From Ranitomeya imitator (Eukaryota), in the NCBI RefSeq assembly GCF_032444005.1, contig NC_091289.1, forward strand, positions 22,754,001 through 22,818,000: 64,000 nt of DNA, given 5' to 3'. The notes beneath the pieces are model-generated. The model worked only from the letters and a program-made list of their open reading frames with translations, ran no database searches and was not told the origin of the DNA. Below are positions 22,298 to 34,831 of the stretch, piece after piece. Position numbers and translations under genes: made by a program. Each line of letters opens with the position of its first letter. Position 1 is the stretch's first letter.

Positions 22298-24819
22298 TTA
22301 CTAATTCATGAATTTTTATTGAATATTTTAAAACTATAGACTTAACTTTTGAAATGTATTTTTCTTTTTTTTTTTTTAATTTGTGTCTCGTTTTTGCTGG
22401 ATCTCAGCAAACTGCCAAGGAATCTCAATTCACTTTCTGGTGGGATACGCTCCCCTCTAAATGCAACAGCTGTCACAAAGTGCAAAGCTTCCAATAACAC
22501 TAAACTCCGGCTTGGCCAAGCTACACTGCCCCATGCTGATTGAAAGGCCTTGCAGCTGTCACAGGTTTGATTGTAGTGTCCGTGCCAGATTAGGTTGCAA
22601 TGACATTTGAACTGGCAACCATTTTAGTGCTCCTCACCATCTGTAAAATATATTACAGTCACACACATCCCAACCAATTATTTTTTGGGTTTCACACGTT
22701 ATAAAAAAAATACTATAAATATAAATGGAAAAAAAAATGATAAAACATGCCTAAATAATAATTTAAAAAATTCATGTAAATGTAATTTTTAACTTTAGAA
22801 ATTCCAAAACTTAAGACTGAGATAACACGAGTTATTTTTTTTCTTCTTTATCATAGTAGTAAGAGATTATTTTATATATTTTTCTTTAAAAAAAATCTAT
22901 AATATTTAGGCTAATTTTGAAGACATGGTTGGTCATAAGGTTAATTGGATTTTTTGTTATTAAAAGGGTTGTCCAGTATTAGAAAAAAACAAATTGTGAC
23001 AGCACCACACCTGTCTACGGGTTGTGGGTGGTCTTGAAGCTTGGTCGTCCCCCCCCCCCCCCCCCGTTCACTTCAAAGGAGCTGAGCTGCAATTCCAGAC
23101 ACAAACCACGGACAGGTGCGGAGCTGTTTCTGGAAGAAAGCAGCCATATTTTTCTAACCCTTGTCAACCATTTATTCCATTTTGTAGGGATCTTTAGGTT
23201 CAGTTCACATAAAAAAATAGCAACATGCTCCACTGGATGCAATATATTGGAATCATATGAAAGGGATGTACGGGTGTTGTCTGCTCCTTCCTAATAAAGG
23301 ATACGGTAAAAATTCATTGATGACAGAAGTAATGCGTGAATACGGACACAGCTTTTTAGCAAAGAGGTAATGAGCTTGTTGGTTCCAACAATCTCACAAG
23401 AGGTAACGGCCTGATGTAAACAGAGGTAGAGTTGGCATTCACTAGAATGGTCAGCTTCGATTTGGAATACTTTTTACAGCCTGCTGGCAATTTCTTCAGC
23501 AGCTCTTCCTTAATGACATCACTCTCTCCTCTCAGTAACTTTTAAAGCCCCTCACTCGGTCTTCAATGCTTTGCAATAGCTCTTTCCTGATAATTTTGAG
23601 TACTCCTGTAACCCACAATATGATAATCAGTCTTTCGTAGGAAACAGTCTTCTTGTTGTCCTTGATGTGACACACTTCTTCACAGACAGACATCGTAGAG
23701 ACTCCCACTTTTAAGGGAGAGAGCGTTTAAGGGTTGTCTCACATTAGAAAAAGATGTCTACTGTCCACCGAATTAGTTCACACCTGTATACAGGCTTAGT
23801 GTGGGTGGCAGCTTGGCTTTATTGAATTGACTGGAGCTGAACGGCAATACTACACACTACCTATGTACAAGTGTGGCACTGTTTTTGGAAGAAAGTAGAT
23901 GCTGTTCTAATCATGGACAACTGCTATGCCTCGAGGATTACTAAACTGTGTGGATACAAGCTCCTAAAGTGGCCATGGTCCCCCTCACCTATATGGATGC
24001 CCCAGACCTCACTCTTCCATATACACATAGGAGTGTGAGGGTCTGTTGTGTAAAGTTTACATTTTGTTATTTACTCTTGTCTACAGTTTGGTTGCGTCAC
24101 ACACCAGTTCATGAAGCTCATTTGACAGCTTGGCTATTTTCACCATATAAAATTTATTGGATTTCTTCATTTTTTTTCCCCCTCACGAGCATTGTTTTCA
24201 TTTAAGGTATAAAGTTGCCAGAACCGATCAGTTCAGACTTAGCGTTGTCCTCATTTCAACTCAGCCTCAGCGTACTGAAATAACGTGATTATCTGCCAGC
24301 ACGACCATCCCAAGCATCTGAAGGAACGCAGCAGAAATGCAGCATTTACATTGTCCACAACCTTTAGTCTTCTGAGCAGCAGGTGAATTTCCTTGACCTA
24401 GTGAAAGCTTGCTTCTGGAATCATCGTGAGGGTTCATCGTGGTCAAAAGCAGCAAATGTACAGTGAATTGTCATAGTTTCGTAATATGGTTTTTAGCCAC
24501 TAGATTTCTACAGGAGAAACAAGTTGACTAAACTTGTGTCACCCGCAGACTCTAAAAATCCAGTGGTAACTTGTGCTACAAAAACCCATCACTGTTGGAC
24601 TTGGTTGCTCTGCAGAAAGACAGCACCATGTGGCGCTTGTAAAAATACCATTTTCTAACTTATTTTTATACTAGACGTTAAAACTACATTAAAATTAAGT
24701 CTGGACCTACGTGACGTCTTTGGAAATGGCACAGGTAGCAGGGGGCTAATAGTTTTATGTTGCATAGTGCAAGTGAATGAGGTCGTCGTATCGTCTAGGT
24801 TGTAATACAACCTCATTTA

Positions 24820-25654
24820 GGGCAGTCCCACACGTCCAGATAATTCCGGTACCGGAAAAATCGGTACCGGAATTATCCGTGTCCGTGTGCCCGTGCGTTT
24901 TTGTGGCACATCAGTGTGGCACACGTGTGGCACACGTGTGCCGCCCGTGTGCCGACTGTGTACCACATGCACCGTGCAGGAGACAGCGCTAGAGATAAGC
25001 GCTGTCTCCTGCATCTGGTGCTGATGCCACGATTCAGATCTTCTCTGCAGCAGCGTTTGCTGTAGAGAAGATATGAAAAATCCACCCCTATGGGAGGTGG
25101 AGCCGCATATTCATGACTGTAATGGGCGGCCCCACGTGACCGCATACAGGAGAAGCTACGGCCAGGGCAGGACACTGCGAGGGAGCCGGGTGAGTATTTT
25201 AATAACAGCGGGCGGGCACACAAGGGGTGGGAGGGGGTAGAGACAGGGATCTTTATTTTAAACACGAGAAACAAAAAAAAAAGGATTTTTCATATCTTCT
25301 CTACAGCAAACGCTGCTGCAGAGAAGATATGAATCGCGGCTTCAGCACCATGTGGGGGGGACAGCGCTTACTGTAGCGCTGTCTCCTGCACGGCACACGG
25401 ACTGCACACGGACAACGTCCGTGTGCGGTACGTGTTTTACACGGACCCATTGACTTTAATGGGTCTGTGTAATCCGTGCGCTCCCACAAACACTGACATG
25501 TCTCCGTGTTTTGCACACGGACACACGGTGCGTGAAAACACGCTGACATGTGCAGAGACACATTGATTTCAATGTGTCTGCGTAAGTCAGTGTCTCCGGT
25601 ACGTGAGGAAACTGTCACCTCACGTACCGGAGCCACTGACGTGTGAAACCGGCC
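24820..25654. mobile_element. PIF/Harbinger-type MITE, TTA TSD
   Basis: TTA|GGGCAGTCCCACACGTC...GACGTGTGAAACCGGCC|TTA, with internal palindromes. Confidence 0.85.
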
Positions 25655-25672
25655 TTACTTGAGATATGCTGC

Positions 25673-26044
25673 TGTTACACACCTGTCCGGGGAATTCTGT
25701 GCTTTTGTTTCCCTGGGTCTGCTGCCCTTTGCTGTGCTCCACATTAGGTTTTAAAGGCTGCCCGGAGTGGATCAATCGCCCTTGACCTATTTATATCTGT
25801 GTCTTGGGATTGAGACTCTAGTGTGCCATGTTTGCTTTGCTCCATTACCTGTCCTTGCTGTGTTTTCAACTTGCATTCAAACCCTGTTGGGACCCATCCC
25901 ATCCTTCCTGCTTCTCCTGAGATTCCTGTGTGTGCCATGTCCTCACTGCCCACGTGCCTTCCTGCTCTCTGCTTCAACTTCCCCAGTCCATGTGCTCACC
26001 CGGACATAGGAGTTAGAGGACCTACCTCACATGGTGATGTAGCA
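25673..26044 (+). mobile_element. Short solo-LTR-like element (family D)
   Basis: TGTTACA...TGTAGCA ends. Shares TGTGTCTTGGGATTGAGACTCTAGT with 27551-27959 and (reverse) 42129-42710. No clear TSD. Confidence 0.55.
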
Positions 26045-26199
26045 GCGGTATACAGTCAGCTGGGCAACCCAAAGTTGCTCTAGGACCCCAACTTTAGAAA
26101 ATAATTATCTAAGAATAGCCACCGTTTCCTATGTCAAACTGCAACCAGTCCAAGACACACAGTAGAACCCTGCGCTGTTTTTCTTTTGTTCCTGCGCCG

Positions 26200-26473
26200 T
26201 TCCTGCGCCTTTCCATTCCTTAGATATGGCCTTCCCTTTGCTAACGGTACATCTATTTTTTTTATATAGCCAACTGGGTGTGGTTCTGATAAAGCCAACC
26301 CACAGAGAAGAGTTGAGGACTAAGCCTACTTAGCATGAAAGACTAAATTTACATACAGGGAAGACAAGACCATATCTCAGGAACGGGAAGGCACAGGAAC
26401 AATAGAAAAACAACAAGGGGATTCAGGAGAACAGCGACATTTACACCAGGTAAAAGAAAAATGAAAATTTTAA

Positions 26474-26531
<58 letters not shown>

Positions 26532-26581
26532 AAAACTTGATTTAAACAGCAGGTAATTTTTTTGATGACACGTTCCCTTTG
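26200..26581. mobile_element. T2/Kolobok-type MITE fragment containing (TA)n (26478-26528)
   Basis: Ends TGATGACACGTTCCCTTT. Left boundary uncertain. Confidence 0.5.
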
Positions 26582-27550
26582 ATTTATATTTTTATGACAG
26601 AAAGTAAAGGATATGAAGCTCTGTAACAGAAAAATTGATCTGTAAGCCCTGTACTTACTTATCGAAACAGATTTTTGGGCTTAAAAAAATTAAATTAAGC
26701 TACAATTAGAAGGATAACCGAATATTATCATGGGGACTGTCCTGAAAAAGCCTCTAAAAATGGATCAAATTTTTGGCATGAATTGAAGTTGTCCTTAAAT
26801 TTCCCATTTTTTGTAATAAAAATATGACACCTCATAGAAGAAAAACAGACCCGACTTTACTGAGTTTTTTCTGGATGTGGGAACATCGCTATTTACAGAA
26901 AATGTCTTTTTTGAAAATAATAGGAGTGATACCTTGCACCAATAGGGCTATATTGCAGAATGATCACTTAAGATCTAAAGACTTTTTTTTCTTTTTAATC
27001 TGCAGGTCCAAGACAGAAACCAGCGTCCCCGACTTTATTTTTCATGCGCGCAATGTGACATAATTAACCTCTATACTAAACAATATCTCCAGTCCTGACT
27101 TCATTTAAATACGTGCGCTGTTCTATGTCAGCTCCGCGTCTCAAAGGCTGAGCAAAATATTTGTGCTGGCATAAATTCTTGGAGAAGGTAAACTGTCATA
27201 ACATTTAGTGTCTCCATCTATTAATAACACAATTGGCCCATTTCTATATATATTTAGAATATTGCTTTGTAAATAGCCCTTAAGGTTTGTCTTAGGACTA
27301 GGAACCACCAAAATCTTACACAGTAGCTGACTCCTAAGAGCATTTTTTTTGTAGATTTTTTTTTTTCAACTTGTTAGCATAGCCTACCCCGAACCGGTAT
27401 TCACGTAGTGGATCACTGACTAGAGTAGAAAAGTTATGTAGAAAATTCTAAAATACAAAGAAAAAGATTAGTTAACGGTAATGGGATCTATTTGAAGAGC
27501 CATACAGATCAAAGTCAACAACTTCATCAGGAGCAGCCAGCCATCTAATG

Positions 27551-27959
27551 TGTATGAGGGTGTTCCGCGATGCAAACCTGCCTGGGTATCCCGGGCTCCT
27601 CTCCCTTCTCCTGGGTCCGCTACCCTCTGTAGTACTCCATGATGAGTTTTGCAGGTTGCCCAGCATGGATCAAAGACATCATCTCCATACACCTATTTAA
27701 GGCCCATTGTCACATACACCTGTGTCTTGGGATTGAGACTCTAGTCTTCCTTGTTTGGTATACTCCATTATCTATACTACTGTATTTCAACTCACATCCA
27801 TCCCTGCCGGGTTCCACTCCATCTGTCCATCTGTTCCTAGGCTTCCTGTTAGTCCTTGTCCCCATGATTCCACATGTCCTCTGGCAGCTACACCTCGAGT
27901 CTCTGTTACCACCCGGACCAGAGACTTAGTGGATCCACCTCACCTGGTGAGCCTTTACA
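27551..27959 (+). mobile_element. Short solo-LTR-like element (family D)
   Basis: TGT...ACA ends, TATA-like CTATTTAA, shared family motif, 3' GTGGATCCACCTCACCTGGTGAGCC. Confidence 0.55.
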
Positions 27960-27985
27960 TTCCGAGCATCTAGTCAGCTGTCTAA

Positions 27986-28161
27986 GGCTGGTTTACACAT
28001 CCAACATTCATGGACCAAGTTTCGACCACGATGTCGGGGATCTTCTGTTCCAAACACATAGGTATATATGAGGCTGTTGAGTTCGGGTCAACAGAACCAA
28101 GGTTGGTCCGAATATCGCAGTCTGTACTCCAGCCTTGAATGTCTGATGTGTGAAACTAGCT
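27986..28161. mobile_element. Small Harbinger-type MITE
   Basis: TAA|GGCTGGTTTACACATC...GATGTGTGAAACTAGCT. Related to 37445-37622. Confidence 0.65.
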
Positions 28162-29352
28162 TCAGGTTTATGACTTCCATTAAGGCCCCAATACGCAACA
28201 ATTAAAATTGTCTGCATTGGCAAGATTGATGTCGTCCAAACTCGATTTCGGCAGGATCATCTGGTGATCGAATATGTAAGGGGTTGTTCTAAGCATTTTG
28301 CCATATGACAAAGTGGTATGATCATCTCTTTCAATGTGTTTCCCTTCTTAATGTAAGATGTTCCTCAGGAGAAAAAGTGTGGTCCACAAAAGAACATCTC
28401 ATTAGAGAGCACTCCAATTAGAGGCCTGTATAAGCATACATCATTATTGCCTAGATAGACCCATCGTGAGTGTGCATGTCAGATAAAGCCCCGTCAGGGG
28501 AAATGACGTATATGCGCACCACAAGCTGGATAGTTTTTGGTTATAGGCGGTCATTTTGTTTACTCTATGGATATTTTTGAAATGTATGTGATTGTATACT
28601 ATTGTCTTGGGTACCATTCTCTTTACGTGATTGTTTTGTTTCACTAATCTTCTATATAACCACCAACTGAGAAAGGGCTAACTAAAGGTGCATTAGGGTT
28701 AGTTGATGGTGAGCAAGGGCATCATTATTGTATCTCCTATTGAGTACCAACTTCCGCTGCTAGGTAGAGGACAAAATATGGCATAATAGCATCAATTAGT
28801 CTGTTTTGGATTAATATCAGTGTACTGTTACTTACATGTCATTATACAGTAACTACTATTCTCAATCCAGGTTGTGCCATGACTTGCGACATAAGGGTTG
28901 GGTGCCATTTAATGGTTAGGACTACTAATTAAGGCTTCATTATCATTTTTTTTAAATATACCAGTTTATTTCTTAAATCCCAGTTTTCATTGGATTATAC
29001 GTTACACACTCTTTTTGTCCCATTATATTGGATCACTTTAATGCATGTTTAATAATTTTTGGTTTTAGGAGGTTATTTTCTGTGATACGTTATATGCCAT
29101 AGTAACATATATGGACATCATCAGTTTTGGGTTCCTCCTTATGGACAAGAACAGACAGAAGCTCTAGAGCAGGGGAACTTGTTCAACTAGTTTCATTTGT
29201 AGTCTACGACTTGTGGCGATCAGCTGATTGATGGACTTTTGTCCATATTTACCATTGGCCAAATAGTATCACCATCATATTTTAGGACAGCCAACATTAT
29301 TAAAAATGAAACGCTCATAATGGTGGTTGTTAAGATGTTCTACACTGCAGTC

Positions 29353-30010
29353 GGGACTTGGCAGAAGAGCATCATCATGTTGGGACTTGGCAGAAGACCA
29401 TCATCATGTCAGAACTTGGCAGAAAAGCATCATGTCGGGATTTGGCAGAAAAGAATCATCATTTCGGAACTTGGCAGAATAGCATCATCGTGTCGGGACT
29501 TGGCAGAAGAGCATCATTATGTCGGAACTTGGCAGAAGGGCATCATCATGTTGGGACTTGGCAGAAGAGCATCCTCATGTCAGGACTTGGCAGAAGATCA
29601 TCATCATGTTGGAACTTGGCAGAAGAAAATCATCATGTTGGGACTTGGCAGAAGAGCATCATCATGTTGGGACTTGGCAGAAGAGCATCCTCATGTCAGG
29701 ACTTGGCAGAAGATCATCATCATGTTGGAACTTGGCAGAAGAAAATCATCATGTTGGGACTTGGCAGAAGAGCATCATCATGTTGGGACTTGGCAGAAGA
29801 GCATCATCATGTTGGGACTTGGCAGAAGGGCATCATTATGTCGGGACTTGGCAGAAGAGCATCATCATATCGGGACTTGGCAGAAGAGCATCATTATGTC
29901 GGAACTTGGCAGAAGTGCATCATCAAGTCAGGACTTGACAGAAGATCATCATCATGTTGGAACTTGGCAGAAGAACATCATCATGTTGAGACCTGGCAGA
30001 AAAGCATCAC
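29353..30010. repeat. Minisatellite, 29-bp unit CATCATCATGTTGGGACTTGGCAGAAGAG, ~22 copies
   Basis: Directly visible. 116-bp (4-unit) duplication at 29569 vs 29685. Confidence 0.95.
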
Positions 30011-30849
30011 CATTGGCATATCTATTGTCCATATGAGTTGATATCTCCAACTCCAATCCATAAAATAATTATAGAAAAAAGAAAATTGACAACCAAGAAC
30101 CTCATAATCATGTGCTCCCCAAACATTATTCTTAATAATGTATATGGAAGAAATACCTAAGGATTGACAGAAGGAAGCAGAATTATGAAGGTAATTTCCG
30201 CATTTAACAGAAGCTGGGTGACAACTACTAATGGCTTCCATTAGACATAAGCGCTGTCACAATGAATTAAATATAAATCTGCATTGCATATTGGATTATA
30301 ATGTTTATAGAGTAAAGAATAACAAGTGAATTTTTTAGGAATTTAGCAATTTTTGGGTGACCATCTGCTCTTTAATGTAAGGATCTGCAAACAGGTCTTA
30401 TTACTTTGTCCAATGCCGATTTCTAGCTTGGTGATATACATGTGAGGTTCTTGTTAGGAGTTTCTCACCATCTGTGTCCTTTACCACCTTGGACATTCTA
30501 CTGAGAAACTTCATCACCAAGGTGGTCTACATCATTAACCTCACCGCTTCAAAAGTCAGAAGAGAGTGTTAACTGATCAATGTCATCTATATTCCTATGT
30601 TGTACATTCAAGGGAAAACTCAGTGATCTTCAAACTAGTTTCCCTGTGAAAAGTACAGGTGGACATTGCATTTGATGTGAAGGCAACTTCAAAAAGCCAC
30701 CTAGGTAATGAGCTACTCGTCAAATGTGTCAACCCATACGGACCCGGTACTCTGATTTCGATTTGTCATCATGGTCCTCTCCACCGACCTATTATAGTTA
30801 TTTGTGCAAGACAATTACGACGCTCAATATGTAGAAGGTGTCTTCGTGA

Positions 30850-31300
30850 AGATACATGTATAGTATCAGGCAAAGGAATTATTGACAGAAAACCATTTGT
30901 GACCATGATTTTGAGCAAGAGTTGAGAAAAGAATGTCTAGGTGCAATTCATCATATCCCCTGTGGTGGTGCTGCCGAGAATTTGAGCATTTCTTGCCAGG
31001 AACTTCACTTGGGGTTCACCCCAAAATAAAGGAGCAGCAGACCTTTCTGGATCAGCGAGACGGTGACCCTCAGTAGTCAAAATCGTGATATCCCTACTAG
31101 TGTTGCCACTAGGACTAGTCACTTGCCATCTAATGTGCTAAGTGTTGGTGGTCGTACATGCTCAGTAATTCTTGTCACAGTCAGGTCTCGGCATAATGAT
31201 TCTTTGCTCACTGAACAGCAACCCCTAGAAATAATTTTCTGCCCTGCTTGTCAAGGAATGAACAGAGTCTCTGAAGTAGCATGTCACTGTAACTGAGAAG
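30850..31300 (+). pseudogene. Degraded L1-like ORF2 3' end (zinc-knuckle region)
   Basis: KELLTENH...SYPLWWCCREFEHFL...HPKIK, then RPFWISETVTLSSQ, resembles L1 YKLLTRWY...PLCWRC...CPKIxPFW. Confidence 0.45.
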
Positions 31301-32310
31301 TCTCTTTATGCAAGGTAAACAAGAAGACTATATTGTCAGCTGCCAGAGGGGGAAGGAGACTGATTCTGTATAAAGCCTGCCTCCAGCAGTGCCAAAGAGG
31401 ACACATGAAAGCAAAATCTTATGAAAAATATATATTCTATGCTTTGTAAAAAAAAAAGTTAGTACCAGTCTTTTGTGTCTTTCGGTATGAATATAATTAT
31501 TTATTTAACTAATTTAGGTTGAAGGAGTTGGGCATGACTGAGCTGAAATATCTGACACAGCTAGACTCCTATGGATGTTAATGTGTTGAAGAAAGGGAGA
31601 GATGTGAGGGTGAGACATATAATACACTGATGACCTATCCTATGGAGTCAGATGGCCATATAAGTCAGATAAGGATTGCAACAATTGCTCCAACTGGCTA
31701 GTGGCTTTCCCGACCTGAGTGTGACAGCTTGATAGAAATACATGAAGCTGTCACCAGTAGCTTAGCTACCAGGGGGCAAAGGGTGCGCGCGCCCTGGGCC
31801 CGGAGCTCAGAGGGAGCCCACCCGGAGCTACGCTACTATAACTGTATTGGTGCGCTGTGTGCGCCAATACAGTTACGTTCTGCGGCACAGCAGGGAGAAT
31901 CGGTCTCCCTGCTCTGCCACCCGGCCACTATGGGGCCCCTGAGCAGGCAGGGGGCCCCGAAGCCAGCAGTGGGCCACTCGCCCGTCACCGCAAGGTCAGC
32001 TATATTGGCATTTAGCCGATACAGCTGATCGCATTGATGAGGGAAGGAGTGCGGCGCTCCTTCTCCCATCACCCCCCTGTCAGCATCTGACGTCACCGAC
32101 GACGACACAGTGGGTGCCAGCTGACAGAAAATGAGCGGGAGCTCGGAGCACCGCTGGAACAAGGAGGAAGAGAGGTGAGTATTTATTTATTGCTTTTTTT
32201 ATGGGGGCTGCCTTATACTACAGGGTCTGCCTATGGGGGTACTGCCTTATACTTACAGGGTCTGCCTATGGGGGTACTGCCTTATACTACAGGATCTGCC
32301 TATGGGGTAC

Positions 32311-33080
32311 TGTTGTGAATTCTGCTCTTGGGCTCCCTCCGGTGGTTGTTGATGGTAATGCAGTTATTCCTGAGCAGCAGTCTTGGACAGGTGTTTCTGC
32401 TAATTGCAATTCTGACTGGGGTATTTAGCTGTGCAGGACTCATTAGTCCTTGCCAGTAGTCAATGTTCCTTTGGATGTGTTGGTCCTCTGCCTGGCCTCT
32501 CCTGCTTGCTGCCAATTCAGCTAAGATAAGTGTTTGCTTCTTTTTTTTTAGACACACTGCTGTGTGTTTATTTTCTGTGCTTATCTTGTTTCTATTTTGT
32601 TCCTGCTAGACTGTGCCTGATGTTTTTCTCAGTCTAGTTGGACTCGCTGGAGTCGCAGATATACTCTCCACATCTTTAGTTAGGTGGTGGAGTTTTTGTA
32701 TTTCTCTGCTGTGGATATTTTGTAGTTTTTTATGCTGACCGCGTAGTTTCCTGTACTATCCTTTCCTATCTAGGTAGAAGTGGCCTCCTTTGCTTATCCC
32801 TGTTTTCTGTCTGCGTGTGTCTTTTCCTCTCCTACTCACAGTCATTATTTGTGGGGGGCTACCTATCTTTTGGGGATCTACTCTGAGGCAAGAGAGTTTT
32901 CCTATTTCCATCTTTAGGGATATTTAGTCCTTAGGCTGTGTCGAGGTGTCTAGGGCTGGTTAGGCACACCCCACGGCTACTTCTACTTGCGGTGATAGGA
33001 TCAGGGTTTGCGGTCAGTAAAGTTACCACTGCTCAAGCGAAGGTCATTTCATGCTGCTCCAAGGCCACCTGATCATAACA
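32311..33080 (+). mobile_element. Solo LTR (family C), 770 bp, apparent 6-bp TSD GGGTAC
   Basis: TGTTGTGAA...TCATAACA termini. GGGTAC at 32305-32310 and 33081-33086. Orientation tentative. Confidence 0.85.
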
Positions 33081-33619
33081 GGGTACTGTCTTATACTACA
33101 GGGTCTGCCTATGGGGGTACTGCCTTATACTTTCAGGGTCTGCCTATGGGGTACTGTCTTATACCACAGGGTCTGCCTACGGGGGTACTGTCTAATACTA
33201 CAGGGTCTGCCTATAGGGGTACTGTCTTCTACTACAGGGTCTGCCTATGGGGGTACTGTCTTATACTACAGGGTCTGCTTATGGGGGTACTATCTTATAC
33301 TACAGGGTCTGCCTATAGACGTTCTGTCTTATACTTACAGGATCTGCATATAGGGGTATTTCTTATACTATAGGATCTGCCTATAGGGGTACTGTCTTAT
33401 ACTACAGGGTCTGCCTACAGGGGTACTGTCTTATACTTACAGGGTCTGCCTATAGGGTTACTGTCTTATACTACAGGGTCTGCCTATGGGGGTACTGTCT
33501 TATACTACAGGGTCTGCCTATGGGGGTACTGTCTTATACTACAGGGTCTGCCTATGCGGGTACTGTCTTATACTACAGTGTCTGCCTATGGGGGTACTGT
33601 CTTATACTTACAGAGTCTG

Positions 33620-34831
33620 TGCAGCTCCCCAGAGTCCTGGTCATTGCAGTGATGTTGCTCTCCCACCAGGGAGAGTGATGTTACGTCTGATGGCACCACA
33701 GGAGTTAAACCCTGCCAGGTATCACAGTCACACACACATTTCACACTCCAGTCCACCAGGGGGAGCTAAGGGTTCTATCTATTAGGCCACTCCTCACATT
33801 AGGGTAAAACTGGTGGGTTGGTCAGAAAGTGAGGCAGAACGAGGAGAGAGGAGTTCCTGGCTGGAGACTAGTGAGAAAGGTCTCCAGGCCGAGCTGGCTG
33901 GAGCAAGGCCCAGTCAGATCCAGACTATGGTCTGAGGAGGAGGACAGAAGGCACAAGGAGCTGCGCCTGCACCTGATTGCAGCAGCCTCCTAGGAAAGGA
34001 CAAGAAGGGAAACGTGTCGTAGTGAGTGAGAAACGAAGTCGTAGCAACAGGAGTAACAAATCAGTGGGAGACCAGCTAGAAGCAGGCTGCCTCCCCCTGA
34101 AGCGCAGTACCGGTGGCCGGAGCACCGAGGGAGTAATAGACTCTATGCAGGGCAGTTAGTTCCAAGCTGGCTGTCCGACCTAAGAGCCTAAGCAGACTAG
34201 GTGGCAACGTGGAGGAGGGGCGACACTAGGGTCTATATAAAATAGCCTCAGGCCACCACCGTCATACGGATTTTGTCCTATCCATCTGGGGGACAGGAGA
34301 AAAGTAACAAGAGTGAGGACCCTATTAGGAGCTAATGCAAGTAGGGACCTACTACGTTACTGTGCGCAAAGGGAAGGCTACTGATTTCCACCTGGCTCAG
34401 GGGACTCTGGAATTGCCATCAGACCGGCCGGACTCTGCCGACCCTGTAACCTGGTACTCCGGACTGTGGATGCTGAAGCCTTCAGTAAAGATAAAGAGAC
34501 TGCACCCACTGTGTCCTCGTTATTCACCACGTCTCGCATCACCCACCATCAACATCTACACTACTGGGAAGCCCTGGGGAAACACTTCACCTGTGGGAAG
34601 GTATTCCATCTAGCTGCCATAACATCACCCCAGTGGACCCCTAAGCAGCGTCGGTCACCCTGACCGAATACCACAGGTGGCGTCACGAACACTTGACAAA
34701 CTTACATCACCTTTAATTGGGCGCCCCTTAGCAGGGCCACGGACTGGGTCGGGCCACCGTGACATCCCCGCAGAAGGGACTGAAGGACCCGGTACCGAGT
34801 ACCCCATTGCCCTGCGCCTGGGGGCGATACA
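33620..34831 (+). mobile_element. Solo LTR (family B, copy 2), 1212 bp, 4-bp TSD TCTG
   Basis: TGCAGCTCCCC...GGGGGCGATACA. TCTG at 33616-33619 and 34832-34835. Colinear with 1778-3034. Confidence 0.9.

Noticed and set aside
23380-23700. Protein-like minus-strand fragments (DVIKEELLKKLPAGCKKYSK)
   Set aside because: Frames are broken by stops. It may be a decayed transposase N-terminus but I cannot support a call.
24300-24382. Possible 83-nt exon (HDHPKHLKERSRNAAF...) phase-compatible with the 36809 exon
   Set aside because: Splice signals are only moderate, no recognisable homology, and phase compatibility has a 1-in-3 chance.
33008-33785. YYRVCLWGYCLIL-repeat ORFs
   Set aside because: Translations of the 35-bp minisatellite in the hAT MITE.
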